From a virus (Duplodnaviria; Heunggongvirae; Uroviricota; Caudoviricetes), in IMG/VR virus record IMGVR_UViG_3300021979_000001, positions 2,948 through 66,947 of that record: a stretch of DNA of 64,000 bases. The stretch is one strand, 5' to 3'. A program made the translations under genes and the position numbers. The notes under the pieces are model-generated. The model ran no database searches. It was not told where the DNA came from and was given only the letters and a program-made list of their open reading frames with translations. The stretch's first letter is position 1; every line of letters starts with the position of its first letter. Below, one piece after another: positions 8,814-18,213 of the stretch.

Positions 8814-8918
8814 TTAAAACACTGCGCCATCGCCATTACCATGACCATCACCGAGTGCATAATCGGGTTTATGATAATCTGTATTAATGTAAAACAACTG
8901 GTTTATGTATATGGTCAT
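8814..8918 (-). CDS. truncated mini-member (34 aa), subfamily E-like
   Basis: my translation: MTIYINQLFYINTDYHKPDYALGDGHGNGDGAVF-stop. Confidence 0.3.
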   Translation of the reverse strand: MTIYINQLFYINTDYHKPDYALGDGHGNGDGAVF

Positions 8919-8957
8919 GAATAGGCCACACCTGTGAAAATCAAACCACTAATATTA

Positions 8958-9248
8958 TTATGCACTTAAACCTTCCCCATAAATATTGCTATAACTATTG
9001 CCATTCCAGTTACCGGAACCATCGCCATAACCATCCCCATAACTATTGCAATTCCTGTTACCGTGACCATCTCCCTCACCATAACCATAACCATTCCCAA
9101 AATCATCTCCATCACTCTCCCCAGAGTCATCCCCATAACCGGAACAATAACCATTCACATATCCATAACCAAGACCATGACCATGACCATGATCGGTTTC
9201 ATGATCATCTGCATGTATGCAAAAATACTGATTTATGTATGGGGTCAT
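8958..9248 (-). CDS. Gly-X repeat small protein, subfamily E
   Basis: N-term MTPYINQYFCIHADDHETDHGHGHG. Confidence 0.6.
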   Translation of the reverse strand: MTPYINQYFCIHADDHETDHGHGHGLGYGYVNGYCSGYGDDSGESDGDDFGNGYGYGEGDGHGNRNCNSYGDGYGDGSGNWNGNSYSNIYGEGLSA

Positions 9249-9299
9249 AATTGGTCACACCTATAAAAATAAACACTAAACGTTTTTTTGATGGTATCA

Positions 9300-9575
9300 T
9301 TAGTTATAATTACAGCCATCACTATCTCCATAACCAAAACCATAACCAAAACCATCACCATCACCATAACCATAACCATGACTAACACCAGAGCCAGAGC
9401 CATCCCCATCCCCATCTCCCTGCCCATCGCCATCGCCATCGCCCTGTCCATTACCATAACCATGACCAAAACCATTCCCATTCCCATAACCATGACCCGA
9501 GCCATTACCATGACCGGAACCGGTTTCATGATCATCTGCATGTATGCAAAAATACTGATTTATGGGTAGATTCAT
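9300..9575 (-). CDS. Gly-X repeat small protein, subfamily E
   Basis: N-term MNLPINQYFCIHADDHETGSGHGNG; core of (GDGDGQ)n. Confidence 0.6.
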   Translation of the reverse strand: MNLPINQYFCIHADDHETGSGHGNGSGHGYGNGNGFGHGYGNGQGDGDGDGQGDGDGDGSGSGVSHGYGYGDGDGFGYGFGYGDSDGCNYN

Positions 9576-9627
9576 GATCGGTCACACCTGTAAAAATAAA
9601 CACTAAACTTTTTTTTGATGGGTATCA

Positions 9628-9882
9628 TTAGTTATAATTACAGCCATCACCATCTCCATAACCAAAACCATCACCATAACCACCGCCATGACTAACGCCA
9701 GAGCCAGAGCCATCACCATCTTCATAACCAAAACCATAACCAAAACCATCACCATAACTATAACCATGATCCCCATCACCAAAACCATTCCCATAACCAT
9801 GACCCGAGCCATTACCATGACCGGAACCGGTTTCATGATCATCTGCATGTATGCAAAAATACTGATTTATGGGTAGATTCAT
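9628..9882 (-). CDS. Gly-X repeat small protein, subfamily E
   Basis: same leader as the copy at 9300..9575. Confidence 0.6.
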   Translation of the reverse strand: MNLPINQYFCIHADDHETGSGHGNGSGHGYGNGFGDGDHGYSYGDGFGYGFGYEDGDGSGSGVSHGGGYGDGFGYGDGDGCNYN

Positions 9883-9937
9883 GATCGGTCACGCCTGTAA
9901 AACGAATTATTAATATTGTAATTCAAGTGTTGCATCA

Positions 9938-10153
9938 TTAGTTATAATTACAGCCATAGCCAGCACCATTGCCATTGCCATTGCCATTGCCGTAACCGTC
10001 GCCAGCCCCATCGCCATGACTAACACCAGAGCCAGAGCCATCACCATCCCCATCTCCCTGCCCATCGCCATCACCCGAGCCATTACCATGACCGGAACCG
10101 GTTTCATGATCATCTGCATGTATGCAAAAATACTGATTTATGGGTAGATTCAT
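9938..10153 (-). CDS. Gly-X repeat small protein, subfamily E
   Basis: same leader as the copy at 9300..9575; shorter core. Confidence 0.6.
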   Translation of the reverse strand: MNLPINQYFCIHADDHETGSGHGNGSGDGDGQGDGDGDGSGSGVSHGDGAGDGYGNGNGNGNGAGYGCNYN

Positions 10154-10202
10154 GATCGGTCACACCTGTAAAAATAAACCACTAAAATTTTTATTTACTG
10201 TA

Positions 10203-10457
10203 TCATTGGTTATGATCGCGACCATCCCCTTCCCCAAAACCATCCCCATCTCCATTCCCCAAGCCATTGCTTCGACCATAACCATCACCATGACCAGAAC
10301 CAGCATTAATCCCATAACCAGACCCACACCCGGAGCCATAACCCTCCCCGTAACCATAGCCATACGCATTACCATGACCATGACCATAACCGAAACCATA
10401 CTCGGTTTTATGATAATTTGTATTAATGCAAAACATTTGGTTTATATATGTGGTCAT
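10203..10457 (-). CDS. Gly-X repeat small protein, subfamily E
   Basis: likely start MTTYINQMFCINTNYHKTEYGFG; the track extends upstream in frame. Confidence 0.5.
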   Translation of the reverse strand: MTTYINQMFCINTNYHKTEYGFGYGHGHGNAYGYGYGEGYGSGCGSGYGINAGSGHGDGYGRSNGLGNGDGDGFGEGDGRDHNQ

Positions 10458-10513
10458 GAATAGGTCACGCCTGTAAAACGAATTATTAATATTATAATTC
10501 AAGTGTTGCATCA

Positions 10514-10771
10514 TTAGTTATAATTACAGCCATAGCCAGCACCATTGCCATTGCCATTGCCGTAACCGTCGCCATCCCCATAGCCATTGCCAAAACCATA
10601 ACCATCCCCATAATCATACCCATAACCGGAGCCACTGCCAAATCCATAACCATCCCCATCATTATCCCCATAACCGGAGCCATTACCATGACCATACTCA
10701 TTATCATGACCATACGTGTTTTCATGATAATATGTATTGATGTAAAATGACTGGGTTATGGGTGGGTTCAT
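10514..10771 (-). CDS. Gly-X repeat small protein, subfamily E
   Basis: N-term MNPPITQSFYINTYYHENTYGHD. Confidence 0.6.
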   Translation of the reverse strand: MNPPITQSFYINTYYHENTYGHDNEYGHGNGSGYGDNDGDGYGFGSGSGYGYDYGDGYGFGNGYGDGDGYGNGNGNGAGYGCNYN

Positions 10772-10819
10772 GATCGGTCACGCCTGTAGAAATAAACCAC
10801 TAAATTTTTATTGACTGTA

Positions 10820-11086
10820 TCATTGGCTATGATCGCGACCATTCCCATAACCATTCCCAGAGCCATAATTATTTCCATTCCCAGAGCAAGAGCCATACCC
10901 AGAGCCATAATTATTCCCGTAACCATTACCATGCCCCGTAGCATAACCGAAACCATCGCTCGAACCATCTCCAAAACCATCCCCAGTGCCATACTCATTC
11001 CCATTGCCATGTCCATAGCCATATCCATGAACGGTGTCATGATCAGATGTATTGATGTAAAATGACTGGGTTATGGATGATTTCAT
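10820..11086 (-). CDS. Gly-X repeat small protein, subfamily E
   Basis: likely start MKSSITQSFYINTSDHDTVHGYG; paralog of the copy at 2676..2903. Confidence 0.5.
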   Translation of the reverse strand: MKSSITQSFYINTSDHDTVHGYGYGHGNGNEYGTGDGFGDGSSDGFGYATGHGNGYGNNYGSGYGSCSGNGNNYGSGNGYGNGRDHSQ

Positions 11087-11142
11087 GAATGGGTCACACC
11101 TGTAAAATGAATTATTCATAATGTAATCCAATTGTTGCATCA

Positions 11143-11388
11143 TTAGCTATGATCACGGCCATAACCATGACCACTCTCATAGCCATAACCATCAACATGA
11201 CCACTCGCATAGCCACGACCATAACCAGAATCAAGACCATCACCATGACCATAACCACGACCAGAGCCAAGACCAGAGCCACGACCAGAGCCAAGACCAG
11301 AGCCAAGACCATAACCATTACCATGACCGGAACCGGTTTTATGTGTATCGGCATTGATGTAAAACGACTGGTCTATAGATTGATTCAT
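11143..11388 (-). CDS. Gly-X repeat small protein, subfamily E
   Basis: N-term MNQSIDQSFYINADTHKTGSGHG; core of (GLGSGRGS)n. Confidence 0.6.
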   Translation of the reverse strand: MNQSIDQSFYINADTHKTGSGHGNGYGLGSGLGSGRGSGLGSGRGYGHGDGLDSGYGRGYASGHVDGYGYESGHGYGRDHS

Positions 11389-11446
11389 GAAACGGTCTTA
11401 CCTGTAAAAATGAAATCACTTATATTGTAATTCAATTGTTGCATTA

Positions 11447-11698
11447 TTAGCTATTATCATGACCATTCCCATTGCCATAACCATCCCCCGCACTATCCCC
11501 ATAGCTGCCGCCATAACCATAACCACGACCATTACCATAACCATAGCCGCCGCCATAACCATAACCATGATCGGTGCCAACACCATAACCAGAACCATAG
11601 CCATGCTCATTGCCATGACCATAATCAACGCCGGGTCCATTATCGATTTCATGATCATGTGTGTTGATGTAAAACGACTGGTGTATGGATTGGTTCAT
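11447..11698 (-). CDS. Gly-X repeat small protein, subfamily E
   Basis: N-term MNQSIHQSFYINTHDHEIDNGPG; near-identical leader and flanks to the copy at 11757..12026. Confidence 0.6.
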   Translation of the reverse strand: MNQSIHQSFYINTHDHEIDNGPGVDYGHGNEHGYGSGYGVGTDHGYGYGGGYGYGNGRGYGYGGSYGDSAGDGYGNGNGHDNS

Positions 11699-11756
11699 GA
11701 AACGGTCTTACCTGTAAAAATGAAATCACTTATATTGTAATTCAATTGTTGCATTA

Positions 11757-12026
11757 TTAGCTATTATCATGACCATTCCCATTCCCATTCCCATTGCCAT
11801 CCCCATCCCCCGCCCCCGCACTATCCCCATAGCCGCCGCCATAACCATAACAATGCGCGTCCCCAAATCCAGAGCCAAGACCATAACCATAACCATGATT
11901 GGTGCCAACACCATAACCAGAACCATAGCCATGCTCATTGCCATGACCATAATCAACGCCGGGTCCATTATCGATTTCATGATCATGTGTGTTGATGTAA
12001 AACGACTGGTGTATGGATTGGTTCAT
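11757..12026 (-). CDS. Gly-X repeat small protein, subfamily E
   Basis: N-term MNQSIHQSFYINTHDHEIDNGPG. Confidence 0.6.
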   Translation of the reverse strand: MNQSIHQSFYINTHDHEIDNGPGVDYGHGNEHGYGSGYGVGTNHGYGYGLGSGFGDAHCYGYGGGYGDSAGAGDGDGNGNGNGNGHDNS

Positions 12027-12089
12027 GAAACGGTCTTACCTGTAAAAACGAAACCACTTATGTCGTAATTCAATTGTTGCATTATTAGC

Positions 12090-12190
12090 TATTATCATGA
12101 CCATTCCCATTGCCATGCCCATTACAATAACCAAAACAATATTCATTGTCATTTTGGTTTAGATTAGTATTGATGTAAAAAATGTTGGAT
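12090..12190 (-). pseudogene. array member remnant (N-terminus lost), coordinates approximate
   Basis: a short Gly-X stretch (NDNEYCFGYCNGHGNGNGHDNS-stop) preceded by in-frame stops; the conserved spacer is still present. Confidence 0.3.
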
Positions 12191-12270
12191 TATGGTGTGT
12201 TCACAGTAATTCGTTCAATCATGTATAAAATAACTAAATTATGCCTATTATAACTTAAATTGTTGCATCA

Positions 12271-12513
12271 TTAACCATACCCCGATCCATTACTATGATC
12301 TGTCAGATAACCATCACCATCACCAAACGCGGAACCATCACCACTTCCATCGCCATGGCCGTAACCATGACCACGTGCAGACCCAAACCGATCACCTAGA
12401 CTATACTTTTTATCATCATTATACTCATTGCCAGCACCATAACCAAAACCATAACCAGAAAACTTTTCGGATTGATCATATTGGGTATAATTTAATTTTA
12501 TGGATGTATTCAT
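12271..12513 (-). CDS. Gly-X repeat small protein, subfamily B
   Basis: N-term MNTSIKLNYTQYDQSEKFSGYG. Confidence 0.6.
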   Translation of the reverse strand: MNTSIKLNYTQYDQSEKFSGYGFGYGAGNEYNDDKKYSLGDRFGSARGHGYGHGDGSGDGSAFGDGDGYLTDHSNGSGYG

Positions 12514-12616
12514 GATATGTTCTAGTAAATAATGAACGAAAAAATTAATTTACATTTCAATGTCAGTATTATCCATCACCATCACATATTCATGACCTGG
12601 CCTGTTTGTTGTATCA

Positions 12617-12907
12617 TTAATTATGATCACTGCCATTCCCATTACCATAACCAAAACCATGACCATTCCCAAGCCCTCTCCCAAAACCATGACCTTCACC
12701 ATTCCCCGAACCATACCCATTCCCAATACCATCGCCATCGCCATCACTATGACCATCACCAGACCCATCGCCAAAACCATAACCATTACTATCGCCATAA
12801 CCCAAAACGCCCCTAATACCACCACCATGCTTAGATGTTAATCTTTTGTAATATACATGTTTGGAAAGATCAGATGTATGGTAATTTAATTTTATGGATA
12901 GTTTCAT
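12617..12907 (-). CDS. Gly-X repeat small protein, subfamily B
   Basis: N-term MKLSIKLNYHTSDLSKHVYY. Confidence 0.6.
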   Translation of the reverse strand: MKLSIKLNYHTSDLSKHVYYKRLTSKHGGGIRGVLGYGDSNGYGFGDGSGDGHSDGDGDGIGNGYGSGNGEGHGFGRGLGNGHGFGYGNGNGSDHN

Positions 12908-12969
12908 GATAGGACCATCCCTGGTAATAAAAAATCACTAATATTTCAATTGGCAGTATCAATTAATCA

Positions 12970-13185
12970 TTAACTACAGTCATGCCCTGGACTCTCACCA
13001 TAACCATAACCATTCCCAACACCATTGCCATCCCCATCACCATAACCAGAACCGAAACCGTCCCCCTCATTATAACCATTCCCATTACCAGAACCGAAAC
13101 CATCGCCATTAGCAAAAATAGAACCATAAAGATTTCTCTTTAGGTCCGCATTGTATAAATAAAACAAATTAATTGGTGTATTCAT
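12970..13185 (-). CDS. Gly-X repeat small protein (divergent)
   Basis: N-term MNTPINLFYLYNADLKRNLYG. Confidence 0.55.
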   Translation of the reverse strand: MNTPINLFYLYNADLKRNLYGSIFANGDGFGSGNGNGYNEGDGFGSGYGDGDGNGVGNGYGYGESPGHDCS

Positions 13186-13243
13186 GATCTGCTTCCTAGG
13201 TAATAAAATTGCTCATTCATGTTATACTTCAATTAATGCATCA

Positions 13244-13465
13244 TTAGTCAAAAAAACTAACGGAACCATTCCCATAGCCATAACTAGAACCATTGTCCAA
13301 ACCCTCGTTATAATCTTTTCCAGAACTATAACCATTTCCATAATCATAACCAAACCCGGCCCCATAGCCAAAACACCTGTAACTGGTATCTGCACCGGAA
13401 CCGAAACCAGAATCATTTATGGATAGATCAGACTCTTGATGATTTAATTTTACGAATATAGTCAT
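13244..13465 (-). CDS. Gly-X repeat small protein (divergent)
   Basis: N-term MTIFVKLNHQESDLSINDSGFG. Confidence 0.55.
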   Translation of the reverse strand: MTIFVKLNHQESDLSINDSGFGSGADTSYRCFGYGAGFGYDYGNGYSSGKDYNEGLDNGSSYGYGNGSVSFFD

Positions 13466-13517
13466 TATATGCCATATAAGGTAATAAGTTTAATAAATCA
13501 TATTATAATTGGTTGCA

Positions 13518-13745
13518 TCAATCACCATGACCCTTACCATCTCCAAAACCATACCCGAAACTATAACCAAACACCGAACCAATACCCTCGCCAACACCAA
13601 TACGGAAATCATTACCATCCCCATTCCCATAACCAAAACCATAACTTTCCCCAGTATAATAACCCGAACTCGGTTCATTACCCAACCACCCATCGGGTGT
13701 TAGGTCGGTGTTATAACAATAATACATTTTTATTGGCGTATTCAT
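13518..13745 (-). CDS. Gly-X repeat small protein (divergent)
   Basis: likely start MNTPIKMYYCYNTDLTPDGW. Confidence 0.5.
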   Translation of the reverse strand: MNTPIKMYYCYNTDLTPDGWLGNEPSSGYYTGESYGFGYGNGDGNDFRIGVGEGIGSVFGYSFGYGFGDGKGHGD

Positions 13746-13812
13746 AATTATTTTACCGAGTGACAAAAATAAGTTAACTAAATTGCATTACAACTTAGTG
13801 GTATCATTAATA

Positions 13813-14043
13813 TTACGTATCCCCATAATCATAACCAAATCCAGAACCCTTACCATAACCATTTCCCTGCTCGCCACCATACCCCGCACCAACCCCAGAA
13901 CCGTAACTATCTCCATTATTATAACCAGCACTGGCCCCCATCCCATAACTCAAACCATTACCAAAACCCAAACCAGACCCATCCCAGGAGACATCTTTTT
14001 TTAGATAGGGTTCGTGATAACACCAGTCGATAGCGGTATTCAT
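13813..14043 (-). CDS. Gly-X repeat small protein (divergent)
   Basis: likely start MNTAIDWCYHEPYLKKDVSWDG. Confidence 0.5.
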   Translation of the reverse strand: MNTAIDWCYHEPYLKKDVSWDGSGLGFGNGLSYGMGASAGYNNGDSYGSGVGAGYGGEQGNGYGKGSGFGYDYGDT

Positions 14044-14096
14044 AATTATCATCTCGGTAAAAAATGAAAGTTCAAATCACATATATTTCAATTATT

Positions 14097-14290
14097 CGGA
14101 ATTACACCCCAGAGTGCCATACCTAAACCCAAAACCAAAACCATATTCATTCTCACCACCATATCCCTGACCGGAACACGAGCCATAACTATGACCATGA
14201 CTATGACCGGAACTATCGGTATGATCCGGTTCATCACCTGTTTCATTAGTGTGGTCATCGACAAAACAATAACATGTTTATATTCATGTT
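14097..14290 (-). pseudogene. frameshifted array member, coordinates approximate
   Basis: a leader-like ATG AAT ATA AAC ATG.. is out of frame with the downstream Gly-X core (..GHSHGHSYGSCSGQGYGGENEYGFGFGF..); no intact ORF. Confidence 0.35.
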
Positions 14291-14313
14291 ATAATAAGAG
14301 CCATTTGAATAAT

Positions 14314-14550
14314 TTACGATATACGTCCATGACCATGACCATTGCCCGCCCCAAAACCATAATTATAACCATGCTCATTACCGGCGCTATCCCCAGCACC
14401 ATCCCCCATGCCATAACCTGCATGATACTCATTCCCATGACCCAACCCCGGACTATGATCATCCCCATAATCATCCCCGGCACCGGAACCAGAATTATCA
14501 GTTTTTAGATCGGGGTTATCGCAGTAATGAAACATAATCGATGGTTTCAT
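14314..14550 (-). CDS. Gly-X repeat small protein (divergent)
   Basis: likely start MKPSIMFHYCDNPDLKTDNSGSG. Confidence 0.5.
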   Translation of the reverse strand: MKPSIMFHYCDNPDLKTDNSGSGAGDDYGDDHSPGLGHGNEYHAGYGMGDGAGDSAGNEHGYNYGFGAGNGHGHGRIS

Positions 14551-14581
14551 AATTGTTTCACCAAGTAAAAAATAAGTTAAA

Positions 14582-14824
14582 TTATTCACCATCTACGTTG
14601 CCATGACCATTGCCCGTCCCAAAACCATAACTATAACCATACCCATCATCCACACCATACCAGGCACCATCACCATTGCCATAACCCACGTCATATTGAT
14701 TCCCATAACCTTTCCCCGGACTATAATCATCCCCAGGATCATACCCGGCACATGAACCAGAGCCAGAACCATCGGTTATTGGATCGGGTTCATAGCAATA
14801 ATTAAATGCAATCGGTAGATTCAT
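14582..14824 (-). CDS. Gly-X repeat small protein (divergent)
   Basis: N-term MNLPIAFNYCYEPDPITDGSGSG. Confidence 0.55.
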   Translation of the reverse strand: MNLPIAFNYCYEPDPITDGSGSGSCAGYDPGDDYSPGKGYGNQYDVGYGNGDGAWYGVDDGYGYSYGFGTGNGHGNVDGE

Positions 14825-14877
14825 AATTGGTTCACCAATGAGAAAAAATAAGTTAAATCATTCACATTATATTTCAA

Positions 14878-15183
14878 TTATTCATAATTACGCCCAGTGC
14901 CATGCCCATCCCCATACCCAAAACCATCACCATCACTAGACACATAACCATCACCATCAACATAACCAATACCATTGCCAGCCCCATCACCATCACCATC
15001 AACATAACCAATACCATTGCCAGCCCCATCACCCATGCCATAACCTTCGTCATAATCATTCCCATAACCCTGCCCCGGATTATGATAATCCCCAGAATCA
15101 TAACCGGCACCGGAAACGGAACCATCACCATCACTTACTAGATCGGGGTTATTGCAATAATTAAATGTAATTGATGGTTTCAT
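14878..15183 (-). CDS. Gly-X repeat small protein (divergent) with internal 15-aa duplication
   Basis: N-term MKPSITFNYCNNPDLVSDGDG; GDGAGNGIGYVDGDG occurs twice. Confidence 0.55.
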   Translation of the reverse strand: MKPSITFNYCNNPDLVSDGDGSVSGAGYDSGDYHNPGQGYGNDYDEGYGMGDGAGNGIGYVDGDGDGAGNGIGYVDGDGYVSSDGDGFGYGDGHGTGRNYE

Positions 15184-15243
15184 AATTATTTCACTAAATG
15201 GTTAAACCACGTCAAATCGCACAGTTAGATTACAGGTATTGCA

Positions 15244-15444
15244 TCATTCACCCCTATTCCCATCACCACGACCATAACCCTCACCAGAAACAAAACCTTT
15301 ACCTGAACCATTCCCAAATCCATACACATTACCATAAGATATACCAAAACCATCCTCGGTGCCATGATCAGAGCCATGACCAAAACCATAAACATTGTTG
15401 GGTATATCATGGTTTTGGAAATATGATTCAATCGATATATTCAT
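15244..15444 (-). CDS. Gly-X repeat small protein (C-like)
   Basis: likely start MNISIESYFQNHDIPNNVYGFG. Confidence 0.5.
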   Translation of the reverse strand: MNISIESYFQNHDIPNNVYGFGHGSDHGTEDGFGISYGNVYGFGNGSGKGFVSGEGYGRGDGNRGE

Positions 15445-15512
15445 AATTAAATCATTCATTTATTACATCATCAACTGTTACCAGGTCCATTGTCATACCC
15501 GCTTATCGGCAT

Positions 15513-15770
15513 CTATTCAGGTTCACCACTTGATCCATCCCAGTTTCCACGACTCGAACCATTACCAAATCCAAAAGCCGAACAATAACCATTTTTGTGA
15601 ATAAAAATATGTTCATACGTTTTGCCATCACCATAACCATAACCATAACCAGAACCATATCCATAACCATTACCAAATCCAAAAACCGAACCATTATCTG
15701 AAACAATTTCCGAAACAATTTCATTTGGGCTGCTATCATCGCAATATAATAAATTTATCAGTTCATACAT
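15513..15770 (-). CDS. Gly-X repeat small protein (divergent)
   Basis: N-term MYELINLLYCDDSSPNEIVSEIVSDNGSVFGFG. Confidence 0.5.
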   Translation of the reverse strand: MYELINLLYCDDSSPNEIVSEIVSDNGSVFGFGNGYGYGSGYGYGYGDGKTYEHIFIHKNGYCSAFGFGNGSSRGNWDGSSGEPE

Positions 15771-15779
15771 AATTAATAC

Positions 15780-15890
15780 TGACCATCCATCGAACCCTCA
15801 CCAAACCCATGACCATATCCATAAATGTCACCAACATCATCACATTCGCCGCCCCATTTGTATGACAGTAGTTCGTTAGGACGTCATAAT
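15780..15890 (-). pseudogene. array member remnant without start codon, coordinates approximate
   Basis: Gly-X frame ..YKWGGECDDVGDIYGYGHGFGEGSMDGQY-stop with no in-frame ATG. Confidence 0.3.
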
Positions 15891-15989
15891 TAAAATAATA
15901 AAACCCGATTAATATATTAATGATACGGACACCCCAAGTGATAAAAAATGATTTAAATCACTACAACTATAATTCAACTGTTAAGTTCG

Positions 15990-16238
15990 TTAATCCGATC
16001 CATGACCGAAACCAGCACCATATCCAGTCCCAAAACCATCCCCATCACTAGAGCCATGACCATGACCATGACCATCTTTATAGTCTTGACCAGACCCGAC
16101 ACCATTGCCATCCCCATCACCTAGACCATAACCTTTGCCATCCCCTTTACCATAGCCTTCACCATCGCCATCATCATAACTGATTTCCTTTTGATCGGCG
16201 GTATTTATGTAAAAAGATAGGATTACGTATGTGTTCAT
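15990..16238 (-). CDS. Gly-X repeat small protein (divergent)
   Basis: N-term MNTYVILSFYINTADQKEISYDDGDG. Confidence 0.55.
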   Translation of the reverse strand: MNTYVILSFYINTADQKEISYDDGDGEGYGKGDGKGYGLGDGDGNGVGSGQDYKDGHGHGHGSSDGDGFGTGYGAGFGHGSD

Positions 16239-16290
16239 AATATGTCACTCCAAACACAACAATAATAATTCAAAATACACATATTATATT

Positions 16291-16530
16291 TCAATAAGCA
16301 CCGTCACCATAACCATGCCCCCAATGCCCAGTCATATTTGTATCCCCAATATCAAACCCATTCCCATTCCCATTCCCTTTTCCAAAACCAAAACCATAAC
16401 CATCACTATCCCCATTATGATGGACATAACTAAGACTATAACCTTTCCAATTGTCATACCCATCATACCCATCACTATCATCATATTCACAGATATGGAC
16501 ATAATAATACAATATTATGTTAATGTGCAT
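16291..16530 (-). CDS. Gly-X repeat small protein (divergent)
   Basis: likely start MHINIILYYYVHICEYDDSDGYDGYD. Confidence 0.45.
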   Translation of the reverse strand: MHINIILYYYVHICEYDDSDGYDGYDNWKGYSLSYVHHNGDSDGYGFGFGKGNGNGNGFDIGDTNMTGHWGHGYGDGAY

Positions 16531-16578
16531 TACGAGTTCCCACATGTAAATAACATAATCAAACAGTTAATATAATAT

Positions 16579-16839
16579 CTATTTCATGGTCATATAAAAA
16601 TGATCTGTTTCATTACCATCATTGGCACCAGCCCCATGTCCAACACCGTTACTATCACCTAAATCATCACCCGAAGCAGAATCATCCCCCATACCAGAAT
16701 TATTTGTATGTCCAGAACCACTTCCTCTACCATATCCAAACACATGTCCTTTTTTATGTCCATGCGCAAACCCACGACCATAGTGATACCAATTACTATA
16801 TACATCGACACAATAAATTACTTTTATGGGCAATTTCAT
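16579..16839 (-). CDS. Gly-X repeat small protein (divergent)
   Basis: likely start MKLPIKVIYCVDVYSNWYHYGRG. Confidence 0.5.
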   Translation of the reverse strand: MKLPIKVIYCVDVYSNWYHYGRGFAHGHKKGHVFGYGRGSGSGHTNNSGMGDDSASGDDLGDSNGVGHGAGANDGNETDHFYMTMK

Positions 16840-16901
16840 TATTAACATCCAATCAATTAAATAGATAAACCGTAATAATTATAATTATTTCTTACACTAA
16901 T

Positions 16902-17180
16902 TCACCATGATTTTCTGACCCATTTATGCGAGCCGTAACCAATATTATAACTTGACCCATATCCATTTCCCTGTCCATCAGCATAACCATAACCATGCCC
17001 TGCCCCTGAAAGATAACTAACCCCTAACGTTGGGCTTGTATCCCCAACATATGCAGAGCCATCCCCCTGCCCGTCACCTTTAACAGAACCATCCTCATAC
17101 TCCGAACCAGTTCTAGTCCCGGAAAAGTTGTTATAAAGATCGGCATTTCGGTAAAAACACGATTTTATGGTGGGTTTCAT
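16902..17180 (-). CDS. Gly-X repeat small protein (divergent)
   Basis: likely start MKPTIKSCFYRNADLYNNFSG. Confidence 0.5.
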   Translation of the reverse strand: MKPTIKSCFYRNADLYNNFSGTRTGSEYEDGSVKGDGQGDGSAYVGDTSPTLGVSYLSGAGHGYGYADGQGNGYGSSYNIGYGSHKWVRKSW

Positions 17181-17238
17181 ACTTATCACACTTGCAAAAA
17201 GTTGGATTAGTCATAAAATAAACACAATGGTGGCTGCA

Positions 17239-17484
17239 TTACCCGAAACTATCACCGAAATAAAAACCGTAAGCGTGACCACATCCAAGACCCTCACAAT
17301 TACCAGATTTAGCATTTAATCCATAATCCTGACCATGACCGTAAACGGCCCAATATCGAATTACGTAACTTATTTCATAATGAGAACCACTTCCCTGCCC
17401 CTCGCCATAACCACCCCCATTACGAATTAAAGAACCATTACCCGAACGTTTTATGTAATATAAATCTATTGGTATATTTGCCAT
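17239..17484 (-). CDS. Gly-X repeat small protein (divergent)
   Basis: N-term MANIPIDLYYIKRSGNGSLIRNGGGYG. Confidence 0.45.
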   Translation of the reverse strand: MANIPIDLYYIKRSGNGSLIRNGGGYGEGQGSGSHYEISYVIRYWAVYGHGQDYGLNAKSGNCEGLGCGHAYGFYFGDSFG

Positions 17485-17533
17485 TTGACTTCGCCAAGTA
17501 AAAATGGATATATGGAGATAATCATTTCATTGT

Positions 17534-17728
17534 TCACTCTGCCATAGCACCATGCCCATAGCCATAACCACCATCAAACACGTTCCCATACCCATTACTA
17601 TCCCCATCCTCATACCCATCGCTAGAGTCAGACCCGTATCCATACCCGGTTCCATCACTATTGCCATATCGATAGCTATTATTATGTTGATCAACTGTGT
17701 AATATAGTAGTGTTATAGGTAGTTTCAT
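17534..17728 (-). CDS. Gly-X repeat small protein (divergent)
   Basis: N-term MKLPITLLYYTVDQHNNSYRYG. Confidence 0.55.
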   Translation of the reverse strand: MKLPITLLYYTVDQHNNSYRYGNSDGTGYGYGSDSSDGYEDGDSNGYGNVFDGGYGYGHGAMAE

Positions 17729-17826
17729 TGTTTTATTACCAAGTTGGGTTCAACCGAAATAATACTGGTAAGTATATCAATCATACTCATATATCATTTA
17801 ATAATATAAGGGATAATGTAGTTTGG

Positions 17827-18213
17827 TTAGTCCTGTCCTAACGCATCTGACGAAAACGGATGTGAATTATCCATATGCTGACTGCATAACCATTCAATTC
17901 CAGTAATGGAGTAAACACCATTAACTGCGGGCGCGCCGCAATAATGACATTTTTTGTGTGCCATTTCGGACGTTCCGTCGTGTTTAGCACGTTTTTTACT
18001 GAACTTGGACTTTGTAAAATGCCCCGCTTTCATCTGGGTAACGGATTTACCCATTGCTCGGTAATTTGCCCCATTAATTCCTGTTGTTTTGGTTTGGTGT
18101 TTTGCTTTACACCCTTTACAACAATACTGCGCCCATCCTCGATTGCGATCTGCAATTCTTGCTTCAAAATCAGTTTTACACCATAAGCAAGAAAATGTTC
18201 CAGTGGCCGCCAT
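17827..18213 (-). CDS. Cys-rich putative zinc-ribbon protein
   Basis: several CxxC pairs (CLWC, CCKGCK, CHYCG); locally GC-richer; interrupts the array before its last member. Confidence 0.4.
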   Translation of the reverse strand: MAATGTFSCLWCKTDFEARIADRNRGWAQYCCKGCKAKHQTKTTGINGANYRAMGKSVTQMKAGHFTKSKFSKKRAKHDGTSEMAHKKCHYCGAPAVNGVYSITGIEWLCSQHMDNSHPFSSDALGQD

